DNA from: Trichoplax adhaerens
Taxonomy: Eukaryota > Animalia > Placozoa
NCBI RefSeq assembly: GCF_000150275.1
Contig: NW_002060963.1
Span: forward strand, 839,262-903,261
Reading direction: 5' to 3'
Length of the DNA: 64,000 nucleotides
Of this stretch, positions 1 through 14,080 are shown piece by piece. Position 1 is the stretch's first letter. Every line of letters begins with the position of its first letter. The notes under the pieces were generated by a model. That model had not been told where the DNA came from, searched no databases, and saw only the letters and a list, made by a program, of their open reading frames with translations. The position numbers were made by a program, and so were the translations under genes.

Positions 1-1788
1 ATTCTATCTATATGTCACAGCTCAGTAGTTAAAACAAGAAAAACACAAGTTAATTTAAGACACAAAGTCGTTAACAACAGTTATCTTTATTTCAAGAAAA
101 ACTATGGTTTAATAGAAACTGTCTATGTTTAACATGTTATTATAGCTATCTCTATCTCTTCATGTAGTGTTTATCACCCTAGTAAACAAATAAATAGAAT
201 TTCCTACATTTTCTCACTTTTTCCAAGACTCTTATCTAGAATAACTTTTGGCGACTATAACATTAAATATGCAATCTATGATTATAATATCAAAATATTC
301 TAAAAACAGTTTTACTAAATTTAGTATTAATAAGGTATCAGTATATCACCTAATGATAAGGATCTTCTAGAAACATAAATGTATTATTCTAAGACCTATT
401 TTTTTACTTAAGTATATTTATACTTTACAATACTAACGGTATTGCAACACTATTACTGCCATAGAATCTTAGTATACTATTTCAATAAGGCAGACCTAAG
501 GTTTAAAAATTTACAGTAACTACCCTCATATTTATAGTAGTTCGTGAATTTAACTCTTCAAGGTAAGTCAATCGGGTAGGACAGATATTCTACAACTTAG
601 TAAATGATCTCTATGTACTTATAATTGCTAGTTTTCGGATTTTAACTAGCTCTATGAGGTTTTGATTTATATATCATACATCGCCATTGACTATTGAACA
701 TTTAATGTAGTAAATGTACAGAAAATGGATACGTACTGTAATTATGAATATACTGACTACTCTAGTACTTAGATGATCAGAGCCCTTTAGCTAGAGGTTA
801 GTTAAGATGTGGATACTTCTGTTTGGATATTTCAACGCAACGTCTCGTAGTAAGTATGCTGTATATTAAATTATGTTCTTTCTCCTTGTTTACTTGCTAA
901 CTTTATAATAGAGTATAACTATTAATATTTAGTAAAATGTTCTAGTTTGTACAATAAGCCATCTTATTTACTGCTTTCAGGAGCTAACTAAATGCGAGTT
1001 ATTGAGATTTTAAGATATAGAAAGACAGGTAAAACACATGCTTGCTGAACAGCTGGTCATTTTGCTTTGTCTCAATAAATTGCTATCGTCTTATTGTGTC
1101 TTAAATAAGGTATTTTAAAATATAGCATATGATAATCTGTATGATTGCTTACATAACGTAGATATAATAAAAAAGTTCTGATGTATAATTTTATTAATTC
1201 TATTTATAAAATAATATGACTACCATAATGAATAAAGATAAGATGAAAGAAAAAGTGTTTTATTAGAAATTTAGATAGCAGCAAATCTTACGATGCTATT
1301 ATACAGGATTAACAACAACTAAAGTAGAAAAAGCAAACGATACAAGAACAATTATTCTATTTAATACGATTTTTATATTGTTATAGGGCAATTTGAACAA
1401 ACTATATAATTAAAAATCTCGTATAATAGTCTACGTCTTTAATTGGATAGTTAATAGATAAAGGAAGATAGGTTAATATATTTTAATATATTGGTTGTCA
1501 ATTTGTAAAACCCTGTACCGATATACCCATCCGTTTTCGTAATACTTTAAATCTATCATAACAATAAATAATAAAATAAATTAAACTTATTTTTACATGC
1601 CATGTTGGTGAATGCTTTAGGATAAGCAAACAATGTAATTAACTTCTGTTCCGTTGCACTGTTATTTTATCATTTATTGTTCTGTTTTGATAACACTATT
1701 GGATAATTAATGCTGTCAATTAAGCTATTTCGGATGATATAACTATTAGTCTTACCATAATTTCGTCAATTTTTTATTTTAGCTAGAC

Positions 1789-2763
1789 ATGATAATGGCT
1801 AATCATTCTGAATTCGAGAATTTCACGCAAGATAGCAACGCCATCAACTATAATTTAATGTTTACTTATTCCTATATTGCGGCCATTCCTATCTTTATAG
1901 TTGGCTTTATTGCCAATTGTATTTTGCTTTACCTGATCAATACCGATAAATATTTTCGTAAAATGACCTACCATCTTATACGTATAGCGATTATTTCTGA
2001 TCTTATTTCCTTAACGACTTCCATCATTGTATTTGCAATATATGCTAGTGCAAATATTGGATATTCTCTCGGCTCGATCCTGTGCAAGTTAATTTTATTC
2101 GTTACGTATAGCTGCTATGGAGTTTCCTTAACCTCGTTATGTGTGGTTAGTATAGATCGATATTATGCAGTTATAAAGCCTCTGACATCAGTCTACCATT
2201 ATCAACTAAAAAGACAAATTATTTATATTGGTCAAACGATTGGTTGTTTAATAGCTCTAGGTGTTTCAGTCCCAATTACAGCATACGGTAATATTCATAT
2301 CAATGAAACACAATTTTGCGATATACCTAATATGGACCGTAACATTACAACTTACTTACTATGTTTAGTTTTCATATTATACATTTTACCACTATCTATT
2401 ATAACGATAAATTATATTAAAATCATTCGTTTTCAATATACTTATGTACGACCTGGTGAATCTAGCTATCGAAGATGTGACAACGTTCAGTTGAAAAAGA
2501 AAAAATTTATTAGAATGTTAATTACAATTACTTCAATCTATCTGTGTGTTACTTGGCCTTTTTTCGCCGTTCTAGCAGGCATGGGGATTTCACTCAGATC
2601 ACTTAAGCAAATAAGAGAGATGGGACTTGGATACTATCTCATTGCTTATACAGCATTTGTGACTACATTTGCTATCAATATTCTGCAGCCATTTATTTAT
2701 TTTAGATTTGACTATAACATTAAAAGGGTAATGAAAGATCGATTTGGACACTTTTCATGCTGA
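1789..2763 (+). CDS. Rhodopsin-class (class A) GPCR, intronless, orphan
   Basis: 324-aa ORF with seven hydrophobic segments; TM3 SIDRYYAVIKP (DRY), TM6 WPFF, TM7 NILQPFIY (NPxxY variant), N-terminal NxS/T sequons, ECL2 Cys. Confidence 0.93.
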   Translation: MIMANHSEFENFTQDSNAINYNLMFTYSYIAAIPIFIVGFIANCILLYLINTDKYFRKMTYHLIRIAIISDLISLTTSIIVFAIYASANIGYSLGSILCKLILFVTYSCYGVSLTSLCVVSIDRYYAVIKPLTSVYHYQLKRQIIYIGQTIGCLIALGVSVPITAYGNIHINETQFCDIPNMDRNITTYLLCLVFILYILPLSIITINYIKIIRFQYTYVRPGESSYRRCDNVQLKKKKFIRMLITITSIYLCVTWPFFAVLAGMGISLRSLKQIREMGLGYYLIAYTAFVTTFAINILQPFIYFRFDYNIKRVMKDRFGHFSC

Positions 2764-4638
2764 TAGTGTTGTCTACTTTAACTTCGTGCTGCCATCATTG
2801 AAAAAATTTTAATTATTTACATAAATGAGATTTATTTAGAGCATACCAGAATCTGATACGCGTCACGCTTATACTTCTACATATGTGGCTGAGTTTATGA
2901 TTTATTAATATTGTTCCTTCTTTATACATTTTTATGCCAATAATTAATATGAACATGCATCTATTCAGTATACGAGTATGTGGAAACTATACGCGTATGT
3001 TAAATTTGTCCAAAAGGATTTCTTTGCATGATCGGTATAATTATATGGTTATGAAATATATTACATTAGGAACGTTTACTTAAATAAAATCTTAATTTTT
3101 AGATTGCTTAACATCAGTTTTCTAATATAATAGTGAAAACTTATCATATCTTCGAGATTAATTATAGTACTCAATATACGAGTATACAAAATAATGTCAA
3201 AAAATGTGTTAATCTGTAAATTATTGATCGTAACTTCATCATACTGCCAGCTATCATATTGTATATAAGGTAGATCAGAGTTATTAGTTCTAATATAGGA
3301 TCTTAACACTTACGGCTGAGATCGAAAAAAAATAAATTGAATCAAATTAAGCGATTCAAAATAATTATTTTAGCCAAAATTTTTGCACCCATACAGACTT
3401 AAGCGAATAATAAGTACGGTCATCTTTAAGAGACTAATTCTTTATATGCGAAGGCAGTCAAAATTTGATTAAATTTATTACTAGTTCTTTGTTATAATCT
3501 TCTCTATTTCGATTGCTCAAATAAAAGACAAGTAGAATGCTCTTAATAATCAGTGAAATGAAGAAAAAATTTACAGTGTTTTCATGGATGAGAAGCCACT
3601 CGAAATTCAAATATCAGTCCTTTGTCATAATTCATAAACATCGTGATATCGCTAGATTATTTTATAACATGAGATTTATGTATAAATCTAGTATAATCAT
3701 GAAGAGACTATTTCTCTATCCAAGAAGTCACATATAATTCGATTATTAGTTCTGGATCACAATCATCCTTATGATATGAAATAGTATGATAACATGAGAA
3801 ATATATTTAAAATCAACGAAAAATGAATTATTTCTAGGCTTAAGAAATCACTCAGGTTCGATTTGTTAGTCCTTGTCGCAATCATCCTGATGTTTTCCAG
3901 CCTTACATCAATATGGAAGTTATTTTTTGCCATCAGAGTATGTATGAACAAGCCATTTCTATGTATTGCATAAGAACTTACTCATAATTCAATTATTATT
4001 AATCTCCGTGCACAATCATTTAATGTTATACTGGTATATAATGATACATGAGATTTCATATGACGATCAGAATAACCAGGATGAGGATATATAAATGCAT
4101 AAAAGGTCATTAAAATACGATTATTAGTCATTCCAAGCAATTTATTACCAATCTTGCGATATAAAAATTAACTAATGATAATACCGATATTTTACGTTTG
4201 AGAATCAATTTGCATTAATATTGGTATTTTAATTGAATTATTATATCACTTCGATTCAATACAGTCATTAATTTGTTTACTGTAACTAGAAAAAGAGAGT
4301 TAATAAAATTATAAAAATGTGAAAATAACTGTTCGTCTAATACATTATTATAAAGTGAATAACTTAAATATTAATGATGATATAAGATTGAAACTTTTCC
4401 ATTTCCTTTTGTATTATTTATAGTTAGTTAGCTATCTATAAAATGTTTATTGTGTTAGCTTTACTGCGAGTAGAAAGACTGTTCTTCGTTTCTTATAAAT
4501 AGTGAATCGAATCTATATAAAAATAATAACTTTAAAATGATATAACTGGCCTTACTATACCATTATCCGTCTTCGATTATGTCGGAACAAAATTCTCCTA
4601 CATTTCGAAATTATTAATCTGGGTCTTCTTGTACACTT

Positions 4639-5607
4639 ATGGCTACAAACTCAACGTCGAAAAACCCTCTAAATCAAACAGCCATCGATTATAATCTTCT
4701 AACTACCTATCTCTATGCTGCATCTATTCCGATATTCTTCACCGGTATTCTAGCCAATTCTTTTTTGCTTTATTTGATTTCTAGTGATGCCAAATTCAAT
4801 CGTATAGTGTATAAACTTACACGCATCGCCGTTATTTCTGATCTTGTTTCATTACATTATTCTCTTGTTGTATTTACTGTGTTTTCTTTGTTACGATCGC
4901 TTGATTATCATATTACTACGGTAATATGTCAAATAACAGTAGCTCTTACTTATTATTGCTATGGAGTGTCGATGACATCGTTATGTATGATTAGCATAGA
5001 TCGTTATTATGCAATTGTAAGACCGTTTTCGCCTCTATATCGTAATCATAAACGGCGAATTATTTATCTTGGTCAAGCTATAGGCTGTATAATTACTTTT
5101 ACTGTCTCAGGACCATGTATACTATTTCTGGGTGTCTATCCAGATGAAAGAAATGTTTGCGATATTATTAATATGAACATTTCTGCATCAATCTATCTTC
5201 TATTTCTAACCTTTTTCTTGTTTGTTATGCCATTATCGATTATTATTGCTAATTATGTCCGAATTATTCGTTATCGTGTAAATTATGTTCGACCTGGGCA
5301 AACCGTTAAAGGTAATATCGATGATAAAGTGAGAAAGTACAAATTTATTCGCGTGCTAATTACAATAACGAGTATTTATGTACTCTCAATATGGCCATTT
5401 TTTGCAAACATTACTGGCATGGCTTTAACACTTAGATCAGCAAGAGATGTCAGAAAGCTGGGTACAGGATTTTATTTAATTTCTATTATCTCATTCGTTT
5501 CTACCTTCGCGGTTAATGTCATCAACCCATTTATTTATTTTAAATATGATAACAATATTAATAAGAAACTATTAGACACTATTCGACATATTTTACATAG
5601 AAAGTAA
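4639..5607 (+). CDS. Rhodopsin-class GPCR, intronless, tandem paralogue of 1789..2763
   Basis: 322-aa ORF; SIDRYYAIVRP, IWPFF, NVINPFIY; colinear with the first GPCR (RIAxISDL, YVRPG). Confidence 0.93.
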   Translation: MATNSTSKNPLNQTAIDYNLLTTYLYAASIPIFFTGILANSFLLYLISSDAKFNRIVYKLTRIAVISDLVSLHYSLVVFTVFSLLRSLDYHITTVICQITVALTYYCYGVSMTSLCMISIDRYYAIVRPFSPLYRNHKRRIIYLGQAIGCIITFTVSGPCILFLGVYPDERNVCDIINMNISASIYLLFLTFFLFVMPLSIIIANYVRIIRYRVNYVRPGQTVKGNIDDKVRKYKFIRVLITITSIYVLSIWPFFANITGMALTLRSARDVRKLGTGFYLISIISFVSTFAVNVINPFIYFKYDNNINKKLLDTIRHILHRK

Positions 5608-8229
5608 TTATGATTTCTGTTTAATTTTGTAGCTGTTTATCTTGTCGAGTAACATAGAATTATTTATATGATATCTTGGTTAGAGGTAATAATAATTATA
5701 AATGGAATCATTGATAACAAACGACCAACCCTATTTAAATCACTTTTGTTTCGTTGCTATCATTAAACGATATTTATAGAGATATTTTCTCAACGACGAT
5801 AAAGTATCTATTAACGTTTGTGCTACATCATGGATAAGTTTTCAAGATGGATAATTGATCTATTTAATATTACTAGTGAGTCATTTTCAATGCAATATTA
5901 AAATTGTGAGTGTGATACTAGTTTTCTGGAGCACTGAAAATAAACAGAAATTTAATGATATATGGGTGTCCATAAATCGCAATAGTTTTACCCCTAGGCT
6001 CTAGATATAAACTGATATACCACACATAGGTAATAAGTTAAGAAGTGATTGATGAATGGCAACCAGTCCATCTTTTAATGCTTAGTTTGTATCATAAAAG
6101 AGATATTTTTTATTGATTTTTTAACTGCCAACCAGTTTAACTAATTGAAGATATCAGATATCATTTAATCAGTTTTTATCGATATTTAATTAATGATATT
6201 CACAATATGTCTTAGAATGCTGTATTGCAGTAGCATAAAGTAATTTTACGATAAATTAGTAACGAAAATTGGATCCACGAGTCATAAGCAGCATATAGTG
6301 TTTAGTAAATAAATTATATTCAAAGGCTTTGCAATAACAAAATGTATCAACAACATAATTAATACCAATTAAGAAATTTTTGAGATTTTATTCTAATGTG
6401 AATTTAATTTAACACATTTTGATTACAGGTTTTTGCTAAGAAATCTCATTGCTTGAAATTCCCAGCAATACACCATGATCGAGGTAGTTGCTGTTCATTT
6501 ACTGTGTAAGAACCTAGTTTTAACTTAAAAGAGTAGCCAAAATCTACTACTTTGAATACCCGTATAGGGTAGCTAATATTAGCTGGTTTTGCAAATCCAA
6601 ATTTATAAAGACGAAAAGATGAACTTCTGCAAGTAAATTATCACAGTGAGTTTATTGTTAGGTTTATTCTCGCCGATATCTGTCTATACTATGATTCTAA
6701 ATACTGACGATCTCCTATCGGCAGGAAGAACAATAACATCATTAGTCTGTCATGGACAAAATCAAATCTAAGTTTTATTAAAAATCAGTCAATTTACAGT
6801 AAATCTACGTGGACATTAATTATCAGTTTATAGATAATATTATAAACTATACATTTATCTATAAAAGAATATACAGCGTCATAGATAACGGTATTGCCAA
6901 CAAATATCAAAGTATACTATCTGATGAAAAGTTAGATAAAGCATTGATTAGCAGAGTCAGTTTATTACAACTGGTTATAATATTTACTAACAATTTTTAC
7001 CATACTAGACATCGATAATGAGGGGATCATAGTCAGTTATCACCGTTAGTACAGGTTATACAAGTTTTTCAGTATTAATTTTAGTTATAAGTGATAAACC
7101 ATTTTTAGTGAAATATCAACTTAATCGCACTTCAATATTAGCTTTAGTTTGTAACTCGGTCTTTAGCTAGAGTTGATACTAATTAATAATTGAACTAAAC
7201 TGAAATTTTATTTAGAATTATTATCGCTTAACGGGTTTATAACTTTAATTTTAGGTCCTTATAAAATTTTTTAGCGGTAAATAGTTAGACAGACATCGCT
7301 TGTGTCGATTATATTTATGGATGCTAGACGTAAAACTACTTCTTTATGATATTGAGCATACTAAAGATAATGAAATGGGTATGTTAATTAGAAATAAATA
7401 GATATATAACAGTGTTGTAGCCGCAAGAATTTGTGAAATGTTTACTGAACGATATAAATAAAATATATTTTGATCCGTGATCTACCCTTGTGGTTTTCAT
7501 CTGCTAAACTATATATGAAATTAGCAATATCATGCATACCTATGTTACAGTATGTGACACATCTTGGATTCTGAGATATAAATAAATAGAATTTTATCAA
7601 ATTAGATATTGTCGGCATGAATCAATTGAATATAATTTAATATGCAGATTTTATACATACCTGGACTTCAGGGGCAGATATTACGTGCCAATCATGAATA
7701 CACTAATATAATTTGTAATTGTTCACAAGTGATGAAAAAACTGGATTATCACATCATTAGAGGCAATATCTTTAATCAGATGTAATATAATTAGCAATAT
7801 AAATACTCTATGACGCGTTACTATAAATATTTCCTTTATAATGGTTCAATTACAATAATAGAAAATGGGTGTATTAAACTTATTAAAAATAAATGAAATC
7901 GACCATATCTAGAAATATAGTCACTCGATAAATTAAAATATTAATCCTGTTAAAAATGATTTATTTATGCATCTCCATTATCCAAGCCATACTGCCTTTA
8001 CCATAAAATTAAATTCATTAATTAAAAGATTGTTACCTACCCTATATAAACCGCCAAATTGTGGTGATTAGCAAAAATTAAAATTATGACACGATACAGC
8101 CTGTCTACCTCATTCTCGATGTTGGCTCACATTAGCACAAAATTGGATCCAGTATAAAGATATTTTTCCGGCAAATGGGTGTTTACAGCTTTAGTATTGA
8201 ATGTTTCAAAATATCAAAAATTCTAATTC

Positions 8230-9125
8230 TATGTATTCATCTCAGTGTAATAACTGTTCTGGTATTCTTTATCGGTACGCATAATAATTACGCCATTTCT
8301 TACTTTAATTTAAATTGATAATTGGTTCAATTATGCAATCTACAAGCTCGTATTTGCAGCTTGTACTTGAAATCTTGCTTTATTACACTATTCTATTTCT
8401 ACATTTTTATTGCTATAACATGAGCAATGACCAAGTATAATTATAAAAGCGACACATTCGTGTAGCAGTCAACTGTGACTACTAATTATTGGCGCATCAA
8501 AGTATAAATAGCGACATTTTGGATGATTGCATCGGTCGCTCTTTTGCTGTAATATCAAGCTATTTTCATCACCTTATCGTACATATAAAAAGCGAGTGAA
8601 GTATCCTGGTTAAAAATGGGCTATCTAATAGCCTTTAATATTGCAATACCAGCTATTTCTTTCTTAGATATCTGTCTAGAAGATATAAATCTGTGTAATA
8701 CAGTCGAGATGCATGGTCACTATAATACGTCTTATAGCCTTGACCGTGGTCTTGTTTGGAATCCAATTATCCAATATAACCTCTAATTAGGCAAATACTA
8801 TGGTTGTCGAGTATCTATCTATTCTAAGCATCTGATTAGCAATTATAGGAGGTTGGTTGGTAAAGAAAAACTATATCACCATTATATCAACAATTTTCGA
8901 GCATTAGCAAATATAACAAACATTTACTTTTTCCAAATAACCATTTTTTACCATCATCTCTGGCTTGGCAATGTCGCTTTAATTAATTAAATCATTGAAA
9001 ATCAAACGGAAACTGGGTATAAGTATTGGATATTACTTGGTTGATTTTAGTTCATTTGTTTCTATATTTACAATTAATGTCATTAGTCTGTTTATTCATT
9101 TTATTTTGATTATAAATCTTTATCA
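8230..9125 (+). pseudogene. Decayed near-full-length GPCR paralogue
   Basis: Hand translation gives colinear remnants with stops and frameshifts: VLVFFIGTHNNY (TM1), KLVFAACT*NLALLHYSI (cf. KLTRIAVISDLVSLHYSL), IGRSFAVI (DRY region), *PFFTIISGLAMSL (cf. WPFFANITGMALTL), RKLGISIGYYLVDFSSFVSIFTINVISLFIH (TM7). Ends approximate. Confidence 0.82.
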
Positions 9126-9179
9126 GAAATTACAAGCAAAAATTTAGATTATTTCATAATTTTTTCAAGTTGATCTAGT

Positions 9180-11620
9180 ATGATCAGAATTGGATAATAA
9201 TTGTATTTTATGATTTAAAGATATATAATATTTATTATTTGTTTCCATAGATGCTCCTTGGTGAGCAAAGCGTAATAATATTATGTATTTCCAACCAGTA
9301 AGCATATTAATTATGATCAATGTTTGCTTTAATATATAATTTCAACGATAGCTATTATCTTGAGCCTATTTTGACAATCCTGGTCAGATATTCTGCTTGC
9401 GATACTTAGCATACTTGCTTACTAAGGTAGAATGATTAATCTGTTTTAGCTTGCATGATGAAATACGGCTAAAGATTGACAAATTTTACAATTTGAAAAA
9501 TAACTGTTATTTTCTATATATTCTCATAGATATCTACTTTAGTTGCGTGATATATTATAGCTTCAATTCGATAAATTTATAATCTAAATAATAGATGCTA
9601 TTTTTTAATCTATTTTTCCCCAGATATTTTCTTAACTAGTAAAATAGAAAGATTAATCCACTCCAGTTTGTAAGATAGATTACAGCCATAACCCGATTTA
9701 TGTTATCATTTTAAAGATACCTATGATTTTTCCTCTTATTTTTCATAGATATTTTTTTAGCTGGTGTTACAGTTTAAGATATTATGTGATAATGTTATTG
9801 AAGAAGAAATAGACGGTTACGATTAGATAATCATAAATATTATGATCTGTTAATATTGTGAGGTTCAATCGTTAATGGACTTCCATTGACCAATGTGTAG
9901 AAGTAAGGTACTTAATATGCCAATGACGTGTAATAACCAAAATGGCGGTTGTCACACTTGTAGGGAATCTGTTAGATCTTAAATTGTTAATTGGCGCTAT
10001 AATATTATTAGCGCATAATAATATCAATTATCACATATTTGTTCGATAGTAATTAATAGGATTACAAAGTTATAGAAAAGACTAAGTTATGCATAAGAGT
10101 AATTAACAGGTGGAAAAGGTGTAGATTTGATACAAGTATATAAGAGGTTGTAATTTACCTCGCTAGAGAGGAGGAAAATACGGAGACCTAATAAAGTTAG
10201 TTTAGTAAATTTATCCAGACGCTTCTAGTCCGCCTTTACTGTTGACTGAGGTCCTTCGCTGAAGTGGAGTGAGTAGTGACGCCTGGTGGCAGTTTTACTG
10301 TAGGACAGAGGAGAGTAGGATAAGTGTGGAACGGGAATCCGATTGTTGCAAACGACGTTGTGACAGCTGGTAAAATAGAGTGATACAATTGCTCTAGTTT
10401 AATAGGCCTACAGCTAGGATCTAATCCATTTTACGATGTTTAAAAAAGCTATCTTTTTCTATTCACGTTTCAGAGATATTTTCTTAGCAAGCAAGATACA
10501 TACATGCAAAAAGGTTTACGTATTTCAATTTGAGAGAAAACAGATCTACTTTTATATATTTAATATTTTTACAATCTTGAATATAAATGTATATTTCATA
10601 CTTATTTCTAAGAATATTTTTATTCTTGTAAAGTAGGATAAGTAATCGTTTACTATTTGCAAAATAGAATTTAGTTAGAATTCGATGTACCCAAACATTT
10701 CCAAAGTAATTGCCATCTTTCTGCTTATTTTCATATATATTTTTTCTTTACTGGCAATGCAGACAATTACTCCGCTGTATTTTACATGATGAATTACAGC
10801 CAGTATCTGAAGTATCCTACAATTTGGAAAACAACTGATAATGTTTCCGTCTATTTATATATATAATTTCTTAGCCGGCAAGATAAAATGATCAATTCTT
10901 TCCAATCTGCAAGATTTATTACTCTTTCGAAATCAATACATTTAACGATCTTAAAAAATGTTTTTAAATTTTTTTATTATTTTTGAAAATATACTTGATT
11001 TCAATAATCCAGGATGCTTAGTTGTTCTTAATTTACAAGACAACTTAACATTAGAATTGGATATTTATTGCGATATTTCGATGAAAGCTATTCTTTTGCA
11101 TATTTTCATAGATTTCTTAGCTAGATAAGTATAATAATTAATCTTGTTCAAATTACAAGGTATACTACTATCAAAGTCCGCCGTGTTTAACAATGTTAAA
11201 ACAAACTTCATTTTCTGCATTTCTATTTAGATATTTTCTGAGCGAAGGCGGTAATCAATGTTTTTAATTTGTATCCCACATTACTGGTAGTATCCGTTCC
11301 TATTCAATTTTAGAAATAGCTAATATTTTTTCTATACGCTTTTGAGACATCTTATTGGATGACTAAAATAAATCTGTATCTATTTTATATCATAGCTAAA
11401 ATTCGATATTGTTTATGATTTAAAATAGGTATTTTATTTTATTTTACGATGTACTTCCATACAAATTTTCTTAGCTAAAAAGGCAGAATGATTAATCTAC
11501 TCCAATTTGCAAAATTTAATTCCTACTATTCGATTTCCGTATGTTTTAGCTCCATAACAGCTATTCATTTATGTAATCTCCAAAATAGGCAAGATGGAGT
11601 GGCAAATCTGTTTCAACATA
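9180..11620. repeat. Degenerate ~120-bp tandem repeat field (core TTTCATAGATATTTTCTTAGCTGG...AATGATTAATC)
   Basis: Core recurs at about 9240, 9520, 9620, 9740, 10470, 10610, 10735, 10860, 11105, 11228, 11343 and 11458, often ~115-140 bp apart; interrupted by the 9950..10365 element. Confidence 0.7.
9950..10365 (+). mobile_element. Solo LTR-like element (416 bp)
   Basis: Termini TGTCAC...GTGACA; internal TATATAA (~10137) then AATAAA (~10190); flanks GCGGT / GCTGGT (imperfect TSD); 3' end GTTGTGACA shared with the 22381..22968 element. Confidence 0.65.
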
Positions 11621-14080
11621 TATAATTTATAGCAGTGAGGGCTCTCCATCATATTGATAATAAGTTTATAATATACGTCCATATCAATGATTAGTTCTAT
11701 TTGAACATCCTTCCGATATGATTAGACAATCTACAACTGTTACCTTGGATATCTTTTCAACGCCAACAAATATACAAGTTAATCCCGTTCAACTTCTAAG
11801 ATATCCTAAATAACTTGAACTAGTAAAAACTAAATCTTTTTCCTTTATGGTATTAATTAAAGTAAAGTACTCAATAACTGAAATAAATATGCGTTAGAAT
11901 ATTATTTCATTCCTTTAAAGTAAAGTGCTCAATACTGGATACAGATATTTGTTATGACATTAAAAGATTCCCTTTTCAATGATGTTTTCATCAATAATAA
12001 TTACAACTAATCTTTCTTTTTACTATATTAACAAGCTTTACCATCGCAAATTTTAACATTTTGCAATTGAAATGGCTTTATCATTAGAGTTATCAATAAT
12101 TTAATCTAAGACTATATTGTCGTAACAAATCTACTGATTTATTCAAAAGGAGTATTTAATGTTAAATCATGATCCTAAGCATTGATACTACTATACCATT
12201 TTTATATTGATGTTCTCGCCAGTAATTTTATTATCTAAATAGTTTCTTAGAAAGATTAACTAACACTTGAATTACTATATCCTTGATTCTAGAATGATAT
12301 AACACTTATTCTAGGAATAACTTGATAGTAGCAATTAAGTTGCATTTTATTACTTTTTTAGTCTTGTTTACCTCTTATCTAATATATACGCGCCATGATT
12401 GAATATCGAAATAAAAGCTTAATACAGTAATATTCTGTTGTTTCGACTTATCCATTGTACTGAAGATATACTCATACTATAGAATGTTATACGATAGAAT
12501 TTTTTCTTTCTATTATTTACTTTAAAACGATATTGTAACATCTTTAATGTATATAGACTTTATCGGTCCTAGGCTAAATCCACAACTTGGTATATGTATA
12601 CAACGAATACCGTATTCCAAGAAATATTTGATATAATGCTTATTTAATTACAATATTTAGAATTCTGTTAAAGCATAAGATCTCTTTAGTCAATTCATAT
12701 TGATAGCAAAGTAACCGTACTGAACTGTTGTTCTATCATATACAACTGCATATAGCTTTCTTAAGAGTACCAGCATAAGAGAAATATATTAAGTTGCAAT
12801 TCTAGCGCCGTAAGAATTAGAAAGAAACTTTAAACCTAAACATCGTCTTAGCTACTCTGAAGTAAAGTTCTTTAAATTTTATAGTACCTGCTTAATAATG
12901 TACTTTATATTTTATTTTTTATGCCATTTCTTTGACAAGGTATGAATTATATCCAAATTTACTTAATTCTATTTGTTATATTTTCAGTGTTGCTGCTAGT
13001 AAAAATCAATCAATTGATGAGTTAATTTAAATTATTGTTTTAGCTACATGCGAGCCTTGAATACTGATAGTATTGGCGTTTTTGAATTGATCGACACCAT
13101 CAATTCTACAATTTTCCATATTAGGTGAGAGTAATTTCATCTCTTTCATCATGATATCATAATACTACTACATAACCTATAATTATGGGTCAAGGTTCCA
13201 TCGCAGAAATATTCTTATTTAGCTGTTTTAAGGTGAATAATCAGCTTAAATTAACTCAAAATGCAATTAAAAGAGAATAGTTACGCGATTACTAAAAACT
13301 AAATAGCCAGCTATTCTATTCTGTAATTTTTGTACGAATTCCAGCACAGATTGGATTATACAGTAGTAATACAATTATAATTCAAGGTAATGATTTATTA
13401 TACAATGATCACATACTGTAGATAAGAGCATACAAAATTTTTTACTACTTATAACCAGCAGCTATAAGAGCCGCTAGTATGGCTTATTCAAAAATGATAA
13501 AAAATCTAAGTCTCAGATTTCTACATCACATATACATATATATTGTACGACTATCATACATATATGGAAAAGATGGTGATGAAAAATTAATAAGAGATAT
13601 TTATATAATATTCTCTCCAAGTATTTTATACACTTACAAACTCTAGCAAGATGTTATCCTAATATTATACATGCTATGATATTAATATCTATTCTGTATA
13701 GTCAGCATTATGAACCTTAGAGGTTCTGGTGCAGTATTAGTGAATATGATAACTACACAACAAGAGCATTGTAATGATCCCCGCTATCAGTCAGAGGAAT
13801 AAAGTAAAATTATCTAGATAATGTTATGTGCTCGTACGTGTAATACTATGTGCTTTAGGATGCAATATATAATAAGAATACAACGAAAACCGCGAATATT
13901 CTGTGAGGTTAATTGCGTGAGACATTGCTCGGAATAAAGGTCTAAAATATTACATAAACAATTGAAGAATAATGTCTAGATTAGCTTAATTAACCCGATT
14001 TACTCTATAGCTATGCGGGTAATTCATGTCCTACCTTGATAATTTCAGTTATACTGAATTAGTGCAGGAATAAGAACATG

